Part shown: positions 48,301 through 64,000 of the stretch, in pieces
Layout of the letters: each line of letters opens with the position of its first letter
Numbering within the stretch: the stretch's first letter is position 1
From: Magallana gigas
Taxonomy: Eukaryota
Reading direction: 5' to 3'
Assembly: GCF_963853765.1 (NCBI RefSeq)
Contig: NC_088858.1
Location: forward strand, 8,804,001-8,868,000
Length of the DNA: 64,000 bases
Position numbers and translations under genes: made by a program
The notes under the pieces: model-generated
What the model was told of the DNA's origin: nothing
Seen by the model: the letters and a program-made list of their open reading frames with translations, nothing else
Databases searched by the model: none

Positions 48301-48836
48301 AGAGTACTACGTGAAAATTTAATCAATTATCTTCATCTAATTTAATCAATGACCTTCATCTAATTATTCGGTACATCGACTTAGTGCTTTCTGCATTCTT
48401 ATCACGCTTGGTTCACTACAAAAATTTCCCTTGTAACTTTACTTACAAGAGAAGCGATGTGAATAGTTTGGTGTTTTTTTTTTTTAAACAAATCAACTAC
48501 AAAAAAATTACAAATGTTTTGAAGCTGGTTTCAGTTAGATAGTCAGATGCTAGATCTTAGAGAATAAACGATTTTCACCCTAAATTTTTTATTCGATTTG
48601 TATTTTTTATAAAGACGGGTATGAAAAATGATAGACACAATGCTAACAACGGTTATAAATACATTTTTTGTTCGCAGCTATAGCACGAACTGTTAGATAT
48701 CTATTTGCAGATTTATCTACCAGACACAGACGTCAAATGGCTGCGATTGACTACACTAGCTAGGAATTATATATATATATATAATGATAGGACTTACCGA
48801 ATCTGCGCCAGTATCGTAGTAAGAAGATCGCTTCAT
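45316..48836 (-). CDS. Tandem doublecortin (DCX) domain protein with a long charged low-complexity tail, about 532 aa
   Basis: Exons 48836-48798 (MKRSSYYDTGADS, strong GTAAGT donor; this exon is less certain), 46970-46221 and 46125-45316, all phase 0. DCX1 reads IRVKFFKNRD..GIVLSIS..FPSLDSLMNHLN..GVMYIFRLEDG..EFQPGDECVVSS. DCX2 is split by a 95-bp intron (FEQMLADM..ALY..K|IESFSNL..FFVVGGE). Confidence 0.85.
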
Positions 48837-48929
48837 GTTGAAATCGTGCTGGTCTTGTGAAAGAAATCTCGGGTATGACGGAGATACATAAAATTAATAT
48901 GTTCAGACACTGACCAACGCCAGCTTCAA

Positions 48930-48943
48930 GTTTGCATGGTAAC
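48930..48943. promoter_or_regulatory. Putative RFX X-box upstream of the DCX-domain gene
   Basis: GTTTGCATGGTAAC, one mismatch to GTTNCCATGGYAAC, about 95 bp before the predicted ATG. Confidence 0.55.
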
Positions 48944-49825
48944 CATAAACAATGGTGGAAGGTTTTCCCTCGGCGCGTGCCGCTTAGACTCTGTACCGTA
49001 TTTGGTCCATTAAACACAGATATAATTATTGTATCTATGACAGTGGATATCGCCATTCTCATTGTTTATTAATGATGATTTGAATGATACATCTCAATAG
49101 GTCGAGGAATTTGGAAACCTTATGAGACGTCGGCGCTCGTTTGCGTATCTTCAGATAATTTACATAAAACAATTGATAAAATCTTCCAAATCTGAACTGA
49201 AAATCGAATGCCTTTTTTATCCTTTATTTTTCATGGTCGTGATTATTCAAAAAAAAACCAAACATTCCATTCAAATGGCTGTAATTGTAAAAATTGTTTT
49301 AATCTGCGAGTGTCTTTCAAGAAAATCATATGAAAGACCCCCAAATAAATTCCCCACCGGGTAAAAAGAATCTAATGCATTTTTTTCATACCAGAGCATA
49401 TAAGTATTTTTTATCGTGGGGGGGGGGGGGGGCTTTTTCTTTCTTCTTTATGAAAGTATGGGGTTAATTTTTTGGATTAAATTCTAATATGCGTTATTCT
49501 TATCATGCAGCTCCAAAAGAATCACATCGTGGTTTGTACTTGATTAAAGTAATGAAATGAATTTACCAATAGACTTGCACGTCGTAAATAATGAATTATT
49601 AAAGATGTTTCCCTACACACCGTCCATTAAGCCCGGATGTGATAGTTTGGCAATTCTTGCGCACGGTACTTGGCAAATCAATGAAGCCGATGGACAGACG
49701 ATGTAATTTGTAACGTCACTAATTGCTGATTAACTTCCCTTCCTTTACAATATCATATCTTTGTTACACGTAAAATAAAATAAAAAAATCTCGTCAAAAA
49801 ATAGAAATTACGCTACTTTTGTCTC

Positions 49826-49847
49826 AGAGAGAGAGAGAGAGAGAGAG
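49826..49847. repeat. (AG)n microsatellite
   Basis: About 11 AG units. Confidence 0.9.
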
Positions 49848-50558
49848 TTTTAGATATAAGTTTATATGACTGTTTTTTTAAACCCCACATGCATGTGATG
49901 AAACATACATTCACACGCATATAGCTGCAGATCTGTACATTACTCTATAAAATAATTTGAGTCGACAGACTGTACATATATAGCATACCAAAACCTGTAA
50001 TTTACGGCGCACAAACAAATTGCGCTTGTTTTGAGCTGATTAAAACCTTATCTCGATATCCTACCACAATCTGTGCAAATAATCCATATAAAAAATTCTT
50101 AAGTTTATGTTCGTCAACTCAGTACTAATGTTGTCGTTTTACTTTTCTCAGACTTTCTCTTAATAAACACGCTAGTCTAACCGACCTCGGAAAGCGGATG
50201 GACAGTCGTCTTAATAGACCACGCCACCTTACGGGGGCTGATGATGGTGTTAAAAGGAATTTCAGAGGCAAGTAAAGTGACGAAATCTGTAGTTAAAAGT
50301 ATGAGAATATTTTGCTTTTGATTAAGTATTTGCACACAATATGGTAGGGTAAGATGTTTTCAGGGAGGTAAGAAATAAACAAGTCGGACCTTTGGCTAGC
50401 GACAATGACTCAGTACATATAGATCCAATAAGTACATGTATCTGTATAATAAGTAAACTACCTTGCATATCCTACTTCCGTCTCAAGTTCTTTCATATCA
50501 TGGTTAAATAGAGAACTTCATATCGCTTTGATTAGTAAGTACACTGTATTCTAAACTG

Positions 50559-50561
<3 letters not shown>

Positions 50562-50603
<42 letters not shown>
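50562..50603. repeat. (GA)n microsatellite
   Basis: About 21 GA units. Confidence 0.95.
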
Positions 50604-50607
<4 letters not shown>

Positions 50608-52054
50608 TTTGTATATTATTTGATATACAAGGGGGTCGAGTTGGGGTAAAAAGATCTATTCTGTGAAATCCTCAAGCTTTTACGTAAGCGTGTATACCAA
50701 TCTTACAGTTAAGAATTTGATTATAGCTTTACATCTGTGTGTAAATTGTTATCGAGAAAACATTGCAAGTATTATTTAATGAATAAAAAAAAATGATTTT
50801 TTTAAATAGAAAGAAGTTCGCAAATATTCCTCTTCCTGACTTCAATATCCTGGCCTTTAATAAAAGCCTATACTCAGAATTATCAAACATGTCAGCTAGG
50901 CTGAATCTCAACAAAAATAATGATTTGGGGTTTTGTGAAAATGCCAAAGGTTTAAAAATTTAAAATGCAGGAAACTTAAAAAAAAAAATGCTATAATTTC
51001 AAATTTGATGATGAAAGGAAAAAAAAATCATTTAGTAATGAATTGGTAACAATCAGAGGACTATAGTTTTGGAAGAATTTTAACATCTTGATCCCATCCT
51101 ATGAACGATAACCTTTTTATTTTAACACGATAACCAACTATAACACCCTTATGCTGGGTGTATGATGCATTTTTTACCCATACATATATACATACGTTAA
51201 TTGCAGGTTTTAAAAAAAGAAGAAAAAAACCCATTGAATTTAAAATCTCAATACCAATGCATGGTAGTCATGTCATTTTACTTTCAGTTAACTGTAAACG
51301 AATGACCACTTAAAGGTCAGAAAGTGTAACGCGGCCCAATATACGCCTGGCTGTATACCTGTATTATTTCCGAAAGTTCAGAAACTGGGCCTATTGATAG
51401 ACTTAGGGGGTCCCATTCACGTATAAATTCAACGAGCGCTTTGAAAGTTTTACACTTTTACAAAAGAAGAGGTAAGTTTTCGTTCTACTGTCAGATCTAT
51501 TCACAAAATCAGTCTAGATCTCACAACTTTCATTAATCTTTCTAATCTACATGTAAGATGGAATAAAGCTTAATTATGTAAATTTAGTCGCTGCATGTCG
51601 CCTCATATACGAACCCTGTGGTAAAAATATTTGTACCCCTCCCCCTTCCCAGATATTTTAACCACAGGGTACAAGGGAGTTTTTTTGTCCTGGTGGGATC
51701 CCAAGGCTTATTTTCGTAACATGCATAAGTTTAAATATAAATACAGTATCCAAACCGGATCGGGGGGAGGGGGGGGGGGAGCTTTTAGATTCGCACATAT
51801 GGAAGGAAAGGGTAATGTGCATCTCATCTAACTACTGTCTTATTTTCTTCTAAATTTAATAATTTTATGCGTGTTTGCTTTCTCTAGTTAACCAATGAAG
51901 ATTATTACAAACTAACGAGGGGCAAAGTCTTCAAATCCACTTGTGTCATATCGCACACAGAAAAACATGTACACATCAAAACACTGACTTTGTACCGAGG
52001 CCGTTATTGTGTGCTGTGTATATATCACGGATAACCACGGACCTTCGTGGCGAG

Positions 52055-54508
52055 ATGAACATACAGGGATTCCGAGTGTTAGTCCAGTGTGTGGTGGCAG
52101 CTCTCCTCTCTCCCGTCGGATCGCTCAACTTCAAACCGAACATTGTGATTTTTCTGGCCGATGATTTGGGATACGGAGATGTGGGTGCGTTCGGGAACAA
52201 TACGATACGGACACCTAATATCGATGCCCTCGCCAGTGACGGGATCAAGCTGACCCACCACCTCACCGCCGCCAGCGTCTGTACCCCCAGCAGGTCAGCC
52301 ATGCTTACCGGGCGGCTGCCTATCAGGACGGGTATGTCTAACACTAGGGATTTATTGCTTGCGTACCCCCCTCCTATTTTTTTAATTAATTTTTTTTTGG
52401 GGGGGGGGTCAAATTACAAAAAAAAACCCACCAATTAGAAGTCTTCTCTGTTATTTTCTAGTAAAAGATATATATGATTTTTACCACGACATTTTTGTAG
52501 GAATGTTCGCTAACGGGCGTATTGTGGTGAATATATTTGCTGCTAACGGAGTCGGTCTTCCCACGTCAGAAACCACGCTGGCAGAAGTCGCGAAGACCGT
52601 GGGATACAAAACAGCTCTTGTAGGCAAGTACCGGTTACAGTAGCAGAAGACTCCCCCCCCCCCCCCCCCCAAAAAAAAAAAAACATGAAAAAAACACAAA
52701 AACATATAAAAAAAAAAACCAAAGCAAATAAAAATCCTGTACCCTTTGCCACCAACTTTCCCCATCTAGATTTTCAACCCCAACTCAAAATGCACGTGCA
52801 CCTTCTTAGAATTTTTATGCAATCCATACGACCCCTGTCTTTTTAGGACTCGCGTCGAGAAATTTCAAAATGCTGGTAAAGGTGTGGTCCGGCTGCTTTT
52901 CACATATCAGAATAGGCAAGATTCGTGGATCATTCACATACATGTAGCAAAAATATATAGTAAACTCATTCTACGTTTTAGGAAAATGGCATCTAGGAAT
53001 GAACAGAGATTACAAAGGTGACATGGCGTTTCATCCCAGAAATCGAGGCTTTGATTTTTATTATGGCCATATCCTAACCAATATGAAAGACTGGAGCAAC
53101 GAAGGAGACAGAGTTCTAACGTCTCAGAGACCAAACATGTTTTATCAAATGGCCACCGTCTTCTTTGTTGGAATCACTACTTTGATATTTTTGAAAAAGG
53201 TTGGTCTTATAGGATGGGGACTGTGTGTCTTATTGTTTGTTCTGATGAGTACTCCTATGGCTTACATTATGTTTGTCTTTAACAACATGGCGTGGTTGAA
53301 TGGACTTCTCTACCGTGACTTTGAACTCGTGGAACAACCAATCCACCTAGAAACACTCTCGTATCGATACACCCAAGAGTCAATTAGATTTTTAAGGGAC
53401 AGGGAGAGAGACAACAATCCGTTCCTATTGGTCGTCTCCTGGGACCACGTGCACACCGCTTTGAAGACTTTGAAAAAGTTTCGCGGGAAATCTAAACACG
53501 ATCGCTATGGCGATGCAATTGAAGAAATGGACTCTGGGATAGGTGATGTAATGAACGCTCTTGATCAGTTTGGATTTGGCAGAAACACAATGATATACTT
53601 CACTTCCGACAATGGAGCTCACTTAGAAGAAACGGGGATGAAAGGTCAAAGTGACGGAGGGTCCAACTTGCCTTTCCGAGGTATCTATATATCAGATTAA
53701 CATTGATTTTTTTTCTTCAGTTAAATCACTCAAAGAACATAAATTCAATCTTGACATTTCTTTGCACAGGTGGAAAAGGCCACCCCACGGTGGATGGGGG
53801 TATTCGAGTCCCGACCGTCATCAGGTTCCCCGGTATTATACCACGTGGTAAGGTCATAGACGAGCCGACTCAGCAACTTGACATGTTCACGACCATCACA
53901 AAGCTAATCGGCGGAAAGATCCCCAGCGACCGGGTTATTGACGGGAAGGACATGCTGCCGCTCCTACAGTTCAAGGAAAGCAAGTCGCCTCACAAATTCA
54001 TGTACCATTACTGTGGGGAGCATCTTCAGGCGACAAGATATAGACCCCCACAAGGTATATATTGTACAAAGCTACTGCACTTCGTCACCCATTTAACTAA
54101 TATCCAAGAGATTTTTCTCTAATTCCAGACAATTTCATTTTTTCTTTTTTAGGAAGCAGTGTATGGAAACTTGTGTCCGAACTTCCAAATTACAAACCAG
54201 GAGAGGACAAATGTTACGGACTAGCCTGTATATGTAGTAATACTATAAAATATGATCCACCTCTGCTGTTTGATATAACAGCAGATCCAGGGGAGAGAAA
54301 TCCTGTCAGTTACAAAAATAACAAACATTTACAGGACATTGTTGATAAAATATCAGCTGCCACAGCTGAGCACAAAAAGAGTGTGGGTACCCCAGAAAGT
54401 AGAATGACATTCTTTAAATTATTATGGAGGCCATGGTTTCAACCATGTTGTAATTTCCCATCATGCACTTGCTCAGATCCGGTTTATAAGGATTTTGTTG
54501 ATGAATAG
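52055..54508 (+). CDS. STS: Steryl-sulfatase-like arylsulfatase (STS/ARSD/E/F/H family), about 579 aa
   Basis: Exons 52055-52331, 52501-52623, 52982-53680, 53770-54054, 54153-54508. Signal peptide, [11 protein letters not shown], formylglycine motif CTPSR, GKWHLG, two hydrophobic helices, FTSDNG, GGIRVP and PPLLFD. Intron 2 is GC-AG. Confidence 0.93.
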
Positions 54509-55203
54509 GTATATTTATATATTTAATAAAATGAAGAAAGAAATACATTTTTATGTTTTTTAGCAAAATAAAATGAAAAAGAAAATATACTTGCTTTTTC
54601 TTTTATTCAGCCCCTCTTTGTCATTCTAATTGATATTACACTAACCATGCATGTTCCTATTGAAATATTTATGGTACATTCATACAATAAACAACAAAAT
54701 GGGAATTTACATCTTAATGATTATCCTTGTCATGGACAGCAAGTTCTAGGAAAGAAATCTAAACAAGCTGAATCCGAGTGCCCACTACAACAGGATGTTA
54801 CTGAGGTAACAATAGAAGTCAGAACTTTATGAGAGGAAGAAATATGTACGGCTATAAATTAGGGCTCACTAAACAGTCAACTATCAACAATTCTTGAATT
54901 ACCGTATCTTTGGAAATAAACAGTATTTGTAACATTCAAAAGCAATAACTAATAACAGGAAAATAAATATCATTGATATGTCCCACTGTCAATTATAAAT
55001 CTGTGAAAATATCAATATCATTTCTACTTCATCTATACATTCTATATCCTTCTATCTCTGACATCAATCACAACTTTCATCAGTCTGTATTGTACACAAT
55101 GAAAGAACAGTCTGTGTATTGGGTTAGTATCCATAAACACAAAATACACCATCCTCAACATCAGATATTCCCAAACTTTTCTCAGCAATATGAAAGTTAT
55201 CTA

Positions 55204-61427
<6,224 letters not shown>

Positions 61428-62256
61428 TTTGTTACTAAAAGACAAAGATTCAATTATGAACGGTAAATCTAATAGTAAAATCATGTGAATAATTGTAACC
61501 AAAGTTTATCGAAAACATACAGATCTGTTCTGATTGCTAGTATCACTCTAGGCATGTTTTGGAGTAAAAATGGAGGTAAATAATACAACTTCAGAATACG
61601 AAATCATACATTTATGTTTTAACCTGAGTTTATAAAGTAATTTGAATGCCACATGCTCAATATGTTAATTGCACTATGACTTTTTACACGAACACCTACG
61701 AGTTTAGATGTGGTATAGTTGTAAACAATTGAACATGAATTTTTCTTTATTTTTCTAAAAAATGTATCAGACAAGAAGTTATAGATATGCATCCTGATTT
61801 GACGAACTAATTACAAATTTGGGACCTTACAAGTACAAGTAGTCCCTTACAGAGTAGATTTATTTGTATCAGAACTGCAGTAGCTACATCGATCCTTCGA
61901 TTTACAATACACTTTTTACAAAGCATTAAAACATTGCAATTGTTCAATTACTTTAGTGAATTAAATAATGACCATCCTACCACAACAGTCAACTATAGTG
62001 CACAGCCCTCACCCTCGAGGAACGTTGCAAGGAGTTACAGTACGTGGAATCTTTATTTAAGCATGTCTAAATCATTTTACCTTTCCACAGGATATGAAAT
62101 ATTATTAGCTAATAGTATACTTTACTTGCATTAAGCATACACTTTTAATGTTATTCATTACCTTCAATATATGTTCATAAATCTGTAATAATGAATAAAA
62201 TAAAATAAAAACAAATAACAATTCTATCGAAAACTTGTCCAGACACCTGCCATGTT

Positions 62257-62270
62257 TTGTCAATAGCAAC
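62257..62270. promoter_or_regulatory. Weak X-box-like motif upstream of the predicted DZANK1 non-coding first exon
   Basis: TTGTCAATAGCAAC has a good AGCAAC half-site only. Predicted 5'UTR exon donor AGG|GTGAGG at 62013/62012 and acceptor at 61434. Confidence 0.3.
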
Positions 62271-62363
62271 ACGCGCCCTAGATAATTTGTTAAACCGAAT
62301 TTCATTGGCTAATGGCTAAAACTAAAAGTTGAACTGAAGCAAATCTACATTTCCGATTTGGTG

Positions 62364-62365
<2 letters not shown>

Positions 62366-62406
<41 letters not shown>
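62366..62406. repeat. Poly-T tract
   Basis: 41 consecutive T. Confidence 0.9.
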
Positions 62407-62408
<2 letters not shown>

Positions 62409-62710
62409 TTTTTTTACATTTAGACCATTTGGTAATTTTCTTTGTAAGTACCATTTCTTTTTTATCTGTGAAAAAAAAAAACCATGAATGAAAGCTGGCT
62501 TCGTAGTCACCAACTTTCCTCAAGTCAATACCCAGCCTCAAATCTTGAGTTGAGGGATTTGAAAATTTTGGTGACGGTGGAGAATTACCTACTTTTCAAG
62601 TTATGGACCTTTGTTTTGATACACGTTATTCCCAGTTGTTTTTTAAGCAATATGAGCTGCAATTTTCATGCTGATTTTTTTTTTAACGAAAAATGTTATT
62701 TTTTATATAC

Positions 62711-63525
62711 TTAACGAGGCCGAGTACAGAACGAGTACGCACGCTTTCGCGCAGCGTTTCATTTGTATTGTGACGTCATCTTTTTGCTTAGTTGACGCCA
62801 TGGCGTGATAGTTTCAACTGTAGATATTCAGCGAAAATTGTTGAAAATATCTCGTTTGATGCGTAAAAATAATGTTATATTGTGGAATAAACATAAATGT
62901 CTCGAAGTATAAGCTATTGGTCGAAAACGTGAAGAGGGTTCAGCAAGCCTAGCCCTCTGTCACGTTTTCTTAACCCGCCTAAATATAGCTTAATTCATAC
63001 ATTTCAAGACAGTAACCATGTATTTTATATTAATGACCCTTAATATATGATGTTATATATTTTTTTATTACTTAAATATGTCTGAATGTTTTAATAATAC
63101 TATATAGATCACCTTTTCCGCCTTTGTCAAATAAAAAATAGCCATTATCTGACGAATCTGGGAAATAGGGCATACAAAAATCAACTTTGATAAGACCCCT
63201 GGAACAAACCAGGAGGTAAAAGGTTTTTTTTATTTGACCATTTGATGCCTTTTAGCAATAACTTTGATAAGTAGAACAGAAAAAGAAATCCCTAGGGCAG
63301 AAGTTTTGAAAAAATGTAAAAAATATGAAAAATTGATACATTTCAAGCAAAATCCCATAGGGTCCTATGTTAAAGATTAACAAACTTTGAGATGACCCCC
63401 TAAACAAACGGTGTGGTAAATGTCTTATTTTTTAATCTTAAAATAATAATTATATCAGTAGAAATTCATGTAAAAAGTTTCATCCAAAAATCTAGGGCAG
63501 AACAAATTAGACCCGGCCTCGTTAA
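62711..63525 (+). mobile_element. TTAA-flanked non-autonomous element, copy 2 (upstream of DZANK1)
   Basis: TTAA|CGAGGCCG...CGGCCTCG|TTAA. Colinear with 55891-56700. Confidence 0.85.
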
Positions 63526-64000
63526 ATGGCAAAAACATTATGGTGTTTAAATTCTGTTAGCCATATTTTTATTGGAAAAGCCGCAAAGAAGCCTTATATG
63601 AAGAAAAATTGAATTTTTGTCGTCCTGTACAAAATATAATCTACTATAAATTCTTTAGAAGAGAAATCTTTCTTCTGTCGAAAATTAATGATTCTTTCAA
63701 GATAAGATGAAAACCTTTTTTATCATAAGAGTTTAATTTTTTATGCAGATTCTAAAAATTCTAAAAAAAAAAAAATGCAGCTCATATTGCTTTAAAATCC
63801 CTCAAAATGCTACACTATGATTGATTTTTTTTAATTCTCAAAATATTACTTATGAATAAACATTTTGAAAAATGAAGTATTAAGGGAAATATTTAATGTA
63901 AGTATTAACGAAATAGTTGTAATTTGTTTTAGTGGGACAAAAGGGAAGAAAATAATAGGCCTAGTGTAATTTCCTCTGACTGTTATACCAGTCTTTAATG

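Noticed and set aside
48760-49062. 100-aa minus-strand ORF
   Set aside because: A different frame of the same DNA gives the 13-codon first DCX exon, whose phase matches the next acceptor. The long frame would splice out of phase.

Overview
AT-rich, intron-rich animal genomic DNA. The repeat families suggest a bivalve, probably an oyster (inference). I could reconstruct six spliced genes exon by exon with consistent reading phases: DNAI1 (+, 20 exons), NDUFA13 (-, 4 exons), a TST/MPST-family sulfurtransferase (+, 7 coding exons), a tandem doublecortin-domain gene (-, 3 exons), a steryl-sulfatase-like arylsulfatase (+, 5 exons, one GC-AG intron) and DZANK1 (-, 16 coding exons). An intronless 105-aa Arg-rich orphan ORF with an X-box, TATA and polyA signal lies between DNAI1 and NDUFA13. 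A near-pristine tyrosine-recombinase retrotransposon with split direct repeats (A-ORFs-B-A-B, PAT/Ngaro architecture) sits in sense orientation in a sulfurtransferase intron. There are many non-autonomous DNA elements, several with intact target-site duplications. Main points of interest: (1) phase-matched splice acceptors in front of both pol and the ATG-less recombinase ORF of the retroelement, (2) RFX X-box-like motifs in front of the cilia-related genes and the orphan ORF, (3) apparent loss of most zinc ribbons in DZANK1, (4) a non-canonical rhodanese active site. No rRNA, tRNA or CRISPR array was seen. All comparisons to known proteins are from memory, not from database searches.
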